From: Felis catus
Lineage: Eukaryota
Direction: 5' to 3'
Length of the DNA stretch: 64,000 bases
NCBI RefSeq assembly: GCF_018350175.1
Contig: NC_058383.1
Coordinates: 24,182,001 to 24,246,000, forward strand
The position numbers were made by a program, and so were the translations under genes. This document shows, piece by piece, positions 1-13,700 of the stretch. The notes under the pieces are model-generated. The model was given only the letters and a program-made list of their open reading frames with translations. It had not been told where the DNA came from and did not search any database. Every line of letters begins with the position of its first letter. The stretch's first letter is position 1.

Positions 1-1258
1 TTCTAGAAGATCTGCAGAACTCTCTGGTCGGGAGACATGGTGTGATGAGGGATTTCTGCTGGTCTTCTGGGGAAGGGGACCACTGCACTGGGACTGAGTC
101 ATGCTTGACTGAGATGGGCCGTCCCGCCAAAGCACAGGGACATGGGACTTGTTGTAAGCAGGTTAGGAATCCTGTGTCAGTGCTGTGCTGCTTCCCTCAG
201 GTGGCTGTGCATTTATGATGAGGAGCAGGTGAATGAAATGGCACCAGCCAGCTCCTTTGTCCCCAGAGACATGTTTCTGTGAATGTTGCCCCTCAAAAAA
301 GCACTACTGGAAGAGTGAATAAGCTCCCCACTGTGTGTCTCAGGTGTTTTTCAGATCGCTGTTTCCATGCTGTTTGCCTCTGAACTGTTCCTGCCTTCTT
401 TCCAGGGAGCAGCACAGTGTCCTCTGAGCTCTATCCCAGCCAGCCTGCTGACCTTTAAAGTTCCAGGCTTTAAAGACATGGTGTGGGCAGGGGCTTGGCT
501 GGTCTTCAAGGGGAAGGACTCTCTATGCTGTACTGACACAAGCTTGACTGAGAAGAGAAGTCCTGCCAGAGTACAGGGGTGTGGGGTTTGGTATCAGCAA
601 GTTAGTCAGCCTTTGTCAGCACTGCACTTCTTCCAGGTGGCTCTGTATTTAAGCTAAGGGGTAGTGGAAGGAAATGGGGCCAGCCACCTCCTTTGTCCCT
701 GGAGAGGCATCTCCATGAATGCTGCCTCTCAGGGATGCCCTCCAAGAAGAGCAAATAATCGCACCCCTGTGTGTCCCAGGCATTCTTCAGATTGCTTTTT
801 CCACATCATCTGCCCCTAGGTTGTTTGCTGCCCTTCTCTCCAGAAGCAGGATAATGACTTCAGGGATCTAGCCCACCCAAGCCCCCTGACCTTTAAAACT
901 CCAGGATTTAAGCCCTGGTGGTTGCAAGAACTCACAAAAATCATTCCCTCTCATTTTCCCAGCCAGTGACCTTGGGGAAATGATTTCCTGTGCACTCCCC
1001 TGTGTGCTCTACTCTCTCTCACCCTTCTCCATTACCATGGCTCTCTCCCATCCACAGCACCTGTTATCTTTTTCTCCCCTAAACCATCTCCACACTTCCT
1101 ACCTTCTATGATGTGGCTTCTTTTCTCCCTTTAGTTGTGGAGTTAGCTTTGTCAGTCTTTAAGTTGACTTCTGGAGTATTTAGAATGATTTGATAGTTAT
1201 CTAGTTGTGTTCGTGGAAGGAGATGAGTCTAGCATCATCCTACTCTGCCGCCATCTTA
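1..1258 (-). mobile_element. 5'UTR of an older carnivore LINE-1 (continues beyond window start)
   Basis: Reverse strand begins aagatggcggcagagtagg, an L1 5' terminus; GC-richer sequence with internal ~440-bp tandem similarity. Confidence 0.7.
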
Positions 1259-1259
1259 G

Positions 1260-1480
1260 GGTTGGTTTTTCTAAGATCTTTCTCCTTGGCTTGCAAGTGG
1301 CCACTTATTGGCTGTGTCCTCAATGGTCTTTACTATGTGCATGCACACTCCTTGTATCTCTTTGTATGTTCCAATATCCTCTTCTTATGAAGGATACCAG
1401 TCAGATTGGATTAGGACCTACCCTAACTACTCCATTTTAACTTAATCACCTCTTTGAAGGTCCTATCTACAAATACAGTT
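1260..1480. mobile_element. MaLR MLT1-type LTR fragment
   Basis: tcttatgaaggataccagtcagattggattagg...ttaacttaatcacctc...aaatacagt resembles an MLT1 LTR. Confidence 0.6.
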
Positions 1481-1562
1481 AAGTTACATAATTAGAGAAT
1501 AGGAATTTTCCATGGGGTACAGAAGGAAAATGAGCCCTCAAGAAACTGTATCTAATACTTAC

Positions 1563-1767
1563 TAGTAGTAAGCAGCAGGTAATAAAGAAGATGATGAAAT
1601 CCCACAGTAGAGCAGAAAGCCAGTACACAGGGACATAAACCCCACTCAAAAATTGGATGTGCTTTGCCTTAGTGATCTGTTCGGTCACTGTCAGGAGACA
1701 AAAGCCACTGATCAAAAGAGCCATGCCAAAATGTATATTTAAGGCCACGTGGAGTCCATTTGACAAT
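1563..1767 (-). CDS. ABCA3-like exon, TM8-TM9 (205 nt)
   Basis: tctgtag|A TTG...CTA CTA|gtaagt; [68 protein letters not shown]. Confidence 0.94.
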
Positions 1768-4700
1768 CTACAGAATAAGGAACAAAAGTAGATATATCAG
1801 AAAATCAATACAGCAGAAACAAATTTCTAGCAATAGGTATTTTTAATTATCTAAATGTAATCATATAGCATAGTAGACATGCATTTAAAATATCAAATTT
1901 TAATAAAAAGGATAACATACGTTGCACTTTGTTTTTTATGCCTAAGGTATGGCTGAGGCTTATTGAAGACTGTTAAAGAAGCATTAGAGCCAGCAATGGT
2001 CATGAGAAGAATGTTGTCTAATATCGACAGGGTCAGAGATGGTGAATGATATGCTTGATTGTTGAAAAGACCAGTAAGTATTATTTTATTTGTCTTCACC
2101 TCAATGGAAAATGCAACAATGCATAAGTGAATACAATCTTCATTTTCCATTAAGTATTTCAGTAGGTCACCTAGGATGAGGAAACGAAGTTGATCAGTAT
2201 ATCCACAAAAGAGGCCACCTACAACATATGTTGGGGAAAGGAACAAATAATTTTACTTGGTTCTCATCCCTTTAAATTTTCTCATAATAATTATTTCAAA
2301 CATTTGCCATTCTCCTCAAGCACTCTATTCCATCATTAAATTCCAAGCTCTCTCACTTCATAGCCTATAACCTAGATTCCTACTTCACTGAGAAAACACA
2401 GGCACATGGTATAGACTTCCTTATCTATCTCAAAGAGATCCATAAGTATTTCCACTTATAGATTTTATTGCTTACGGCAAAAAAACCCTTCCTCTGTGAA
2501 AATAAAAGTGTGGATTAAAAAAATAAAAAGTCACCAGTTTGAAGGTGTAGATATCTAAAAATACAATCAACATTTGGGGACTAAGCCCCTAGAAGGAATA
2601 TAAATGCATTGAAGCGAGCCAAAAATTCCATACCCCTTTTTCCTTTAAGGCATTTTAGATTTATAAATGACAGAATGCATTGGTAAATCTTCAAGCTTTC
2701 AGTGCGGCTCCTGAGGGCTATTCCATAAGAGTAAGAGTGAGTAACATTAGATCAGTTCTTATAAAAATTTCCACCCAGTCTCAAATTACTTAAATCACTG
2801 ATTAGATTTAGATCTTCCCTTAACCTCACTATCTTTCAGAAGCTAAATTAAATCTCCTCTGGAGAAGACAATCTCAAGTAGAGTCATATCATTTTCATGT
2901 ACAATATTTGGCATTCAGTTAAAAAATTACTAAGTATAATAAAAAAACAGAACCAAGAAAAAGCACAGATAATAGAACTAGATCCACATATAAACTAAGT
3001 ATTAGAGACAGAAAATTTATCAGAGAACTGGAGTCCACAGAAAGAATCAAATATTGATGTTAGAATTGAAAAAACACATCAATTAAAATTAAGAATTCAA
3101 CATATATAGGGGCACCTGGGTGGCTTAGTCGGTTAAGCGTCTAACTTTGGCTCAGATCTTGATCTTATGGTTTGAGTTTGAGCCCTGCATCAAGCTCTGT
3201 GCTAACAGCCCAGAGCCTGGGGTCTGCTTCAGACTCTGTGTCTCCATCTCTATCTGCCCCTTCCCCCCCACCCCCCCGTCAAAAATAAACATTAAAAAGT
3301 TAAAAAAAATTCAACATATAACTCATAGCAGGTTGGATACAAATAAAGAGTTGACAGGAAACTGGAAGACAGGTTGATTAGAAAATACCCAGCTAAGGGG
3401 CGCCTGGGTGGCGCAGTCGGTTAAGCGTCCGACTTCAGCCAGGTCACGATCTCGCGGTCCGTGAGTTCGAGCCCCGCGTCGGGCTCTGGGCTGATGGCTC
3501 AGAGCCTGGAGCCTATTTCCAATTCTGTGTCTCTCTCTCTCTCTGCCCCTCCCCCGTTCATGCTCTGTCTCTCTCTGTCCCAAAAATAAATAAAAAACGT
3601 TGAAAAAAAATTAAAAAAAAAAAAAAGAAAATACCCAGCTAAAAGCACAGTGAGAAAGAGAATGGGAAACAAAAGACAAGACATAAATTACCAATATTAG
3701 AAATGACACAGGGGAAATCAATACAGATCCTACAGATGTCAAAATGGTAATAAAGGAATACTGTGAACAACTTTACACACAAAATTTGACAATTTAGATG
3801 AAACAGAATACTTCCTCTAAATGGATAAACTACAACAATTCTCCCAATGTGATATAGGTCATTCGAATAATTGTAATTATTAAGGAAATTTAACTCGTAA
3901 ATTAAAAATTCCTCCCAAAAGAAATCTCTAGGTCTAGATGTTTTCACTGGAAATTCCTACCAAATGTTTAAGGATGAATCAACACTAATTATACACAATG
4001 TCTTTCAGAAAATATAGGAGAAGGGAGTATTTTTGAATTCTTTTTATCAAGTTAGTATTGCTCTAATAGAAGAAAGACAGCACTAAAAAAAAAAAAGGAA
4101 AATTACAGACAAATATTCTTCACAAATATAATGAAACACCCCTTAACAAAATATTAGCAATAAAATTTAGCATGAAAATAATTGCAACTCTGATCACGTG
4201 GGGTCTATTCCAGGGATCCAAGGCTGGTTCAACATTTAAAACTCAGTCAATGTTATCCACCATATTTTAGGCTGAAGAAAAATCATTAATAATCATATCG
4301 ATCTATGCAGAAAAAACATCTGACAAAACTCAGTAATCAGTCATGAAAATACTATGAAAAAGAAAGTTATAGAGCTGAACTTCCTCACTTTTATATAGAA
4401 CATCTAGAAAATCTCTATAGCTAAAATTATACTTTTGATGAAAGACTGCCTACTATCCCCCTAAAACCGGGAACAAAGGAAAGAATGCCCACTCTCACCA
4501 CTCTGATCCAACACTGTGCTAGAGGTTCTACCCAGGGCAGTAAAGCATCAATAGTAAATAAAAGATATGCAGATCATAAAAGAAGAAATAAAACTGCTTT
4601 CATTTGCAGGTGACATGATTGTCGATATAGAAAATCCAAAGGAATTCACACACAAAAATTTGAACCTAATGCATGAATTCATCAAGTTTGCAAGATACAA

Positions 4701-7700
4701 AATAACATACAAAAATCAATTGTTTTCTATACATTAGAATAAACATATAGACACCAAAATGAAAAATACAATACCATTTATATTTGCTAAAGAAATGAAA
4801 TGTTTAAGTGTAAATTCAACAAAATACATACAGGACATGTACGATGAAAAGTATGCAACACTGATGAAAGAAAAAAGTTCTTCATGGAATTCTAAATAAA
4901 TCAGTTATGTTCATGGATGGACTATCCAACACAGTAAAGATGTCACTTCTCCCCAAATTGAGACACAGATTTAATTAAATCTTGTCAAAATTCCCAAAAT
5001 TTATTTTTGTATTTATAGACAAGCTTATTCTAACATTTAAATGGAGGGGCATCAGGGTGGCTCTGAAGTCAGCTAAGTGTCTGTCTTCAGCTCAGGTCAT
5101 GATCTCATGGTTTATGAGTTTGAGCCCGCATTAGGCTCTGTGCTGACAGCTCAGAGCCTGGACCCTGCTTTAGATTCCGTGTCCTCCTCTCTCTCTGCCC
5201 CTCCCCTGCTTGCGTTTTGTTTCTCTCTCTCTCAAAATGAACAAACATTAAAAAAATTTAAAAAATATTTAAATGGAAACAAAGGAACTAAGAAACTTTA
5301 GATAATAAGAGAAAAGTGGGAGGAATCAGCCTACCACATATCAAATCTAATAGTGATGAAGGAAGAGATACACAGGTTAATGGAATAGAAAAGGGAGCCC
5401 CAAAATAGGCTCACATGCACCCAAATGATTTTTGATAAATGTGTGAAAAATTAAATGGATATCATAGTTTAACAAATGTTATTGGAGCACTTGGACATCT
5501 ACAAGTACAAAATTTATCCTTGACCCACATCTCACATGTATTAAGGTCAATGACAAACGAATCATGACTTTAAAAAAAATTTTTTTTAACGTTTATTTAT
5601 TTTTGGGACAGAGAGAGACAGAGCATGAACGGGGGAGGGGCAGAGAGAGAGGGAGACACAGAATCGGAAACAGGCTCCAGGCTCCGAGCCATCAGCCCAG
5701 AGCCCGACGCGGGGCTCGAACTCACAGACCGCGAGATCGTGACCTGGCTGAAGTCGGACGCTTAACCGACTGCACCACCCAGGCGCCCCACGAATCATGA
5801 CTTTAGATGTAAAGTGTAAAACTAAAAATTTCAGAAAACTATAAACATTTAAGATAAAATTTTCAGGATCTAGGGCTAGGCAATGAGTTTTTAATTTATT
5901 TTTTAAACATAATTTATGGCCAAATTGGCTAACATACAGTGTGTAAAGTGTGCTCTTGGTTTTTGGGGTAGATTCCTGTGGTTCATCCCTTACATACAAT
6001 ACCCAGTACTCACCCCAACAAGTGCCCTCTTCAATAGGCAATGAGTTTTAGACTTGACACCAAATACACAATCCATAAGAAAATGAATATGTGGGACTTC
6101 ATCCAAATAAAAAACTTTTATCCTGCAGAACCCATTAAGATAATGAAAAGATAATAAACAATACGAGAGAGAATATATAACGAACTCTCAAAACAACAGT
6201 AAAAAACAAAACAAAACACTATCCACTTAGAAAATGAGCAAAACACTTGAACACACATTTCACTGAACATGATACACAGATGCCAATAAGCATAAGAAAG
6301 GATGTCAAAGGCAAATTAAAACAACAATGAGAATCTTAAGGTTTGCCTCCCTCTGTTTTTATCTCATTTTTCTTTCCCTTCACCTATGTTCATCTGTTTT
6401 GTTTCTTAATTTCCACATATGAGTGAAATACGATATCTGTCTTTCTCTGATCGACTTGTATTTCACTTAGCATAATACATTCTAGTTCCATCCATGTTGT
6501 TTCAAATGGTCTTAAATACAGAGAACAAATAGAGGGTTGCTGGAGGAGAGGTGGGTGGAGGAAGGGGTAAATGGGTGATGGGAATCAGGGAGGGCACTTG
6601 TGATGAGCACTGGGTATTGTATGTAAGTGATGAATTACTAAATTCTACTCCTGAAACCAATACTACACTATATGTTAACTAACCTGAAATAAAAAAACAT
6701 AATGAAATACCACAACACATCTATCAGAATGGCTAAAATAAACATAAAAATAGTGACAACACAAATGCTGGGGAAGATGAGAGGAACTGGATCACTCATT
6801 CATTTTTGGTGGGAATGTAAAAAGATACGGCCATCCTGAAAAACAGTTTTGTAGTTTCTTCAAAAAACAAACATGCAACCATCATGAGTCAACAATTAAA
6901 ATTAAAATCCTAGGCATTTATCCCATAGAACTGAAGATGTAGGTTCACACAAAAATATGTACACAAAGTTTCATAACATCTTTATTCATAAAAGACAAAA
7001 ACTGGGGGTGGGGCGGGGAATGAGGTGTCCTTCAATGGGTGAGTGGTTAAACAAACTGTGGTACATCCCCATGATGGAACAGCTCATAGCATATGATGGA
7101 AAGAGAATTATTCTGAGTGAAATGCCAATCCCAGAAGTTTACATATTATATGATTCCATTTTTATGTCTTGAAATGATTAAGCTATACAAGTGGAGAACA
7201 GATTAGTGATTGCCAGGGTAGATAGGGAATGAAGAGAGCAGCAGGAATGATCCTTGTGGTGATGGAATGTTCTGTATCAATGTCAATATCCTGGTGGGGA
7301 TATTGTACTATAGTTTCGCAAGATGTTACCCTTGGTACACAGAATCTCTCAGTATTATTTTGCACAACACTAAAATGACAATTATCTCAAAACAAAAAGT
7401 TAAAGTATCAAATTCAGTGCTAATGGTTCTTATTCTCCTCCACTTCTAAAGGGAAAACAAAATCTACTTTAGTCCTCTTCAGACATCTTTCAAACCTATC
7501 TTTCTTTCTTTCCTTCTTTCACAGCCTTAACCTCTCTTGCCTGGATTATCACAATTATATCCTAGCTGACTTCATTGACTTTGGATCCCTCCCCTTTCGA
7601 ATCATTCCCTCACATTTAATTCAGTTTGATAAGATTATATTTAATTATATGCTCATTATGTGCCAGGAATTGGGTTAGGTTCTAGAGATATAAAAGAAGT

Positions 7701-10700
7701 TCTGGCCTCTCCACAATTAGTTTCAGAGGCACATGAAAAATGCACTATTGTAATTCAGTAAGATAAATTCCATAAAAGAGGCATTCATCTAAATTGTGGA
7801 AGAAGAGGAAATGTAAACTGTTGTTTGGGAGGGCAGATGGCATTTTTCAGTTATTATAAGCTCATATCCTTTCTAAAGCACATACTCACTTATTTTGTGG
7901 TTCTGCTTAAAAAGTTAGCAGTGATTTCCCCAGTGTTAATGTGTATACTATTTGAGAAGAAAGTTAGAGAGGAGAAATTATCTAGAAACAATTTCCTTGT
8001 TAGTAAACATTTTCTTATAGTTTGGGGAAAAGAGAGAGCAAGTTCTCGCTCTACCTTTACCCTAAAATTTTCAGTTAAAAAAGGCATGCAGTTTGGAATA
8101 GAGAGAAACCATGTAAAATTAGTAGAGTTCACTTATAAAAGGTTCTGTGTCTAAGCTAATGAGAGTACAAGATAGACAAGTACATGTAAGGTTCTTAAAA
8201 AACAAAGTAGGACTGGCTAAGCCTAAACATTATCTCTCTACGACTTGATAATTTCTAGCTAATGAACTTTAAAATAATAACACCAAATTGAGAATGCTTA
8301 TCAGTGGGGCTACTGTATTATTCTGTTGTATTTTTCAGTCTTATTATCAATATAATAAAGCATATTTAATCATTTTACTTTTTTAATGTAAGCAGTATGT
8401 CATAATTTTTTAAAAATAATGATTTTATTCTTTATCCTCTGTCCTTATTGTATGACCTTGGTTAACAAAGGCTTGCCTACTATTTGTAGTGGAGGAAGAA
8501 TAGGGATGATTATTCGTAGTCAGCCAACCTATTACTTGTAGGTTGTAGAATCAGTATCAGTATGATGTTTATAAAGAACAATTAACATTTCTGAAATGCA
8601 TTTTTACAACAGAACCTCAATGACAGAAAAAAAAGAACCATACAAGCTTGCCAAAACTTCAGGCTATTTGCTAACTCAAGAACACTGTTCATCAGATCAC
8701 AGTTAAAAAAAAAAGTACAGTCTCTGGGAGGAAATGATGACTTAAGAGAGCAAACAGACTTTATGGTCAGAGAGGTAATGCAGTGCAGTGAGTGGTTAAG
8801 TTTGCAGATGTCAGCAGAACAGATTAAAGTCTCTATTTATTAATGCCTGATATGGGGCAAATTACTGCTTCCTTAAATGCCAGTACCCTTCATTTAACTG
8901 ATGTTATGAATAAAAATATCTACTATAGGGTGCCTGGGTGGCTCAGCTGGTTAAGCGTCTGACTTGAGCTCAGGTCATGATCTCACAGTTCATGGGCTCG
9001 AGTCCTGCTTTGGACTATGTGATGACAGCTCAGAGCCTAGAGCCTGGAACCTGCTTTGGATTCATTGTCCCCCTCCCTCTCTGCCTCTCCCACAGTCGCA
9101 CTTTGCCTGTCTGTCTTTCAAAAATAAGTAAACATTAAAAAAAAACATTAAAAAAATAAATCAGGGTGATTGCTCAGATTAAATAACATGCAGGTAAAGT
9201 GCTTAGCTGAGTTCTTGTCAAAACCAAGGGCTCAGTAAATGTAAACTATTATTGCTAGTATCTTAAAAACAAATGTATTCAGAGGAACTAGCCCATTAAG
9301 TCTTTAGTTACACTGTAGCCAAATATACCATTAAGACCTTCTTTGCAAATCATACAACCAGATCTTCATCTAAGAGCAGTCTTTTTTTACTTAAAGAGTC
9401 TTACCTTGCACTTCCTTAAGTGTGTGTTTGTCAGACTCTAGAATACTCCTAAGATGTTTTAGGAAAATCAGGGTCAAATTAGAATTCCCAGAAATAGATA
9501 AAGGCACTATAGTTTGACCATATTGATTCAAATCCATTTGTCTGGCCTTTTCATCATTATTATGTAAAAAATTTTCAGCCTTTGAGAGAAAAGTAAAGGA
9601 ACCTAGAAGTGCCAGCATCTGTAGCAAAATCAATTTCCAATTCCTCCAACTGAACAGCGCCCTCTTTATGAACATGGCACAGAACTGCTGGTGGTAGAGG
9701 GAATACTAAAGAAGGAGAAAAAAAAACACCGTGTTACAATATTCATGGACCCAAACAGATCATTCATGATGACATTCATTAAGATGAATGAACACTCTGG
9801 AATTTTATAGTAGAAGACACATAAAATTTACCTACATAAATACTTAGAATCTAAGCATAGTGTGATACTACCTGAGAGTTTGATCAGTCTTTTCTTTATA
9901 AGGCAGGGGTCAACAAACTATGACCTATTTTTGTAAACCAAATTTTCCTGGAACACAGCTATACCCATTCATTTCTGTATTGTCTATGGTTGCCTTTTTG
10001 GAGTGACTGCAAGACAGACCAAGTGGGCAACCTGCCTCAAATATCTATTATCCCTTTCTGCAAGTTTGCTAGCCACTGTTGTAAGGTATTAAATATGGTG
10101 TTTAAGGTCTGGATTTTCATATAACACACTTAAAATCTCAACAGGATGATTTTCCCCAGACTCCTGACTGTCAAAATACAAACAAACAAACAAACAAACA
10201 GGTTCCTTATAGGAGGAAGAGATAATTAGAAGAAGAAGCAAAGAAATGCTGGGCAACTCACTTCCCATGGGAAGGGACTTCCCATGCTGAGGATCGCACT
10301 GATTAAGGAAAATCGATCCCTTATGCAGTATGAACACCCACAGCAAAAACTTAAAACACTGGGCATGCTTGATTACTAAAAACCATGCTCTTTCCAGTTC
10401 TCTTTAGCTTCAGTGAACTACCAAATTTCCGGGTTAGCAATTTGAGAGAAAAGAAAAGAATTCTAAGACAGAAAAAAGAACTAAGGAATAGCAATGGTGA
10501 GAGTGACCTTTATCTAGACCTCATCACTTCTGCACTGGGAAATTAATTAGTTCGTGGTACAGACTGCTCCCTAACTGGTGGGGTGCAGTGGCTAAGAATG
10601 CCACACCATCTTTGTTCAAGTAGTAAATTACAGAAGATGTACCTCTTGTGCACCAATTAAATAAATATACATAAGGTTTCTTAGCAAAGGTGCTTACCCC

Positions 10701-13700
10701 AGTATTAAACATAATAGCAGGACTTTCGTTCATGGTGGAACACTGTGCTCTCTCATTGCTTGACATATTCCTATTCTGGTTCTTAACTGAGACTCCACTC
10801 ATCACAGAGGGAGGTGGAGTTTGGGTAGCTGGGATATCTACTTGTGAATCTTCCATATTATTGACTCTGTATAAAAATAGAACACAGCATTTAATTTCAA
10901 TTCTATCCCATGTCTTATTTGAAGAATGTGAGTCACACATTCAACTCAGAAGCCTCCTTGGTTTGCTTATTGACTTGGCAGGGGGCATTATATGGAGGCA
11001 ACAGGGTAACTCGGGTAGAGTAGTGGTTCCCAAACACCAGTCACAGGACTGCTGCGAGACATAGTAAATCTAGGAAAACTAGTGCAAGGTATTGAATGCT
11101 TCATTAGGTTGAACTGATTCAAGTTAAAGATTAACATCTTAGTCATATTTTGAGTATATCAAAACATCTGCTCCTATTTTGAAATGATGGCAGTATTTTT
11201 TCAGTGTTGCTGTAGAACAAATCATGTCAGTTCCCTCCTCCTCGCACCTCTTAAATTTCTAATGTGTGACTCTGAGCCTGGTGAGTGTACAGAAGGGACC
11301 AAGATATGGTCCTCCCCCCACCCCCTGGCCATGGTTTTTATTTTCCCTATGTATCCTTGCTCACCTAAAAAATACTTCTTCCATGGTAGTAACAGAGGCA
11401 CCAAAGCTAGCAATGCCTAACTCATACCGTCTCTTTTCCAGATCAGTAAACAGAGCTTCAAAGCTAGAATAAGAATTACAATAAAAGTAAGAAGGGGAAG
11501 GGAAATGGGGAAGGGGAGGAGTAAATGTTAGCACCAAATCAGAAGATTTTCCTACTTACATATTTTTATTTTGAACTGATTTCCCCCCAGCAGTGGGGAA
11601 AATGTAGCTCATTCTTCACTTCAATACTTATAATAGAACCCACAGACTGCTGCAGCAAATTGTTTCCCATTCTAATTAATTCTTGAAAACACGTAATTCT
11701 GGTGTTCTAAAACTACAAAAAGACTATATATGCTAATGACTCTAGGGCACATGAGTTAATTTATCACGCACATATACAGGCTATGGTTCTTATTCAATAA
11801 GTTTAAAAAAAGGGCGGCGCCTGGGTAGCTCAGTCAGTTGATGTCTGACTCTTGGTTTTGGCTGAGGTCATAATTCCAGGGTTGTGGGATTGAGCCTGGC
11901 ACCAGGCTCCACACTGACAGCACGGAGCCTGCTTGGGATTCTCCCTCTCCCTCTCTCTCTGCCCCTTCCTCAATCATGCACTCTCTCACTGGAAATAAAC
12001 TTAAAAAACAACAACAAAAAACCATATTCCAATTAGCAGGGAAAAAGTCACTCAAAAATAGAAAATGGAGTAGGTATAGTAAAAATTATATGCAGAGAAG
12101 AACATACAGTTTCAGTAATCAAGAAAAGCCATGGAAATTGAGCCAGATGCAATGTAGAGACATCAAGAGTGGGTTTAAAATTTTTTTTTAATGTTTATTT
12201 TTATTTTTGAGAGACAGGGAGAGAGAAAGGCAGGGGCAGAGAGAGAGAGGGAGACCATAGAATCTGAAGCAGGCTCCAGACTCTGAGCTGTTAGCGCAGA
12301 GCCCAACATGGGGCTCGAACTCACGAACCTCAAGATCATGACCTAGGCCAAAGTCAGAAGCTTAACCAACTGAGCCACCCAGGTGCCCCAGAGACATCAA
12401 GAGTTTTAAAGAATAGTTTTCCTGGGAAGATTTTACAGTGCTTCATGTTTAAAAGATGATCTGTTCCAAAACCCTCCAGGTCTCAAAACCATGGGATATA
12501 TTCCCAATGAGGAGCAAGTGAAGTGTTTGTCCCTCTCAGTGTTGGAGGAACTCAAAATTCACTCTTTTGGAAGATAAAAGTTTCCTCCATATTTAAACTT
12601 AAATTGTTTTCCATTCAATACATCTAGTTTTGCACATTGGTTCTAAACTTACACCCTTAGTTATATAGAACATGTGTAATCTACCTACATGACAGCCTTC
12701 ACATGTTTTAAATCCATTTCTTCTGGGTGCTTCTTCCTTCCTAGTGCTTGACTTTTCAGCTAGGATTCACACATTTTCTTTTTTTTCTTTAATTTTAGTT
12801 AAGAAATTAATATGTATGCATCATAAAATATTTAGAGATGAATTATAAAAATATAAACATCATCACAATACCAGGCCCCAAAGACATCGACTGTTAATAC
12901 ACTATAATTTGGCATATTTATTTGTTTTTGTTTGCTTTGACTTTATACATCACAAAATTAAACTTGTATAATGCTTTAAATGCAAAAATATAGCACTAAC
13001 TGGAGACAAATACCCATTGACAGTTTAACAAATAAATTATGGTATGATATGATACAATAACATCTAAGTAAAATGTAGATTTTTCCTCAGTTATCTTAAA
13101 AATAGGAAATCCTAAAAGTCCTACCATAAACAGCTGACCAAAGATTCAGGTAAACAAAACAAGATTCAGAACACTATTACGATAGGATTTCATTTCTGTA
13201 AAACTAATTATTATTATTGTATTTTATTGTATTGTATTGTATTGTATTGTATTGTATTGTATTGTATTATTGTATGATTCCCTCCCCTCTCTCTCTGCTC
13301 CTACCCGGCTTGTGCCTGCTTTCTCTCTCTCCTTCTCTAAATAAATATTAAAAAAAGATTTTATTTTTAAGTCATCTCTACACCCAATGTAGGGTTCAAA
13401 CTTACAACCCTAAGATCAAGAGTCATATGGTCCACTGACTGAGCCAGCCAGGCACTCCTCTTATAGAGGTGATTTTAATTCTAGAATTCCATAAAGATTT
13501 TTTTTCTTTTCTTGAACTTCATATAAATGGAATCCTACAGCCTATATATTTTTTCCTAATGTTTCCATGTCTGCGAGATTCATTCATATTGTATATACTA
13601 ATAGTTTTTTCTTTTTATTGCTATATTCCTCCATTTTCCTGCTGACGGACATTTTGGAGCTATTATGAATAGTGTCTACAAATATAAACACTCTTCTACG

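Larger units (their letters stand above)
2990..7400 (+). mobile_element. Old degenerate LINE-1 (L1MC-like), interrupted by four SINEs and two short L1 inserts
   Basis: Decayed ORF2 (gatcacgtggggtctattccaggg; tttgcaggtgacatgattgtc) and L1MC-like 3' end at about 7170-7400. Confidence 0.75.

Noticed and set aside
3397..3480. tRNA-like A/B boxes
   Set aside because: tRNA-derived SINE heads, not tRNA genes.
3323..5800. Near-identical ORFs [15 protein letters not shown]... at 3323-3583 and 5564-5800
   Set aside because: These are antisense translations of SINEC_Fc copies, not genes.
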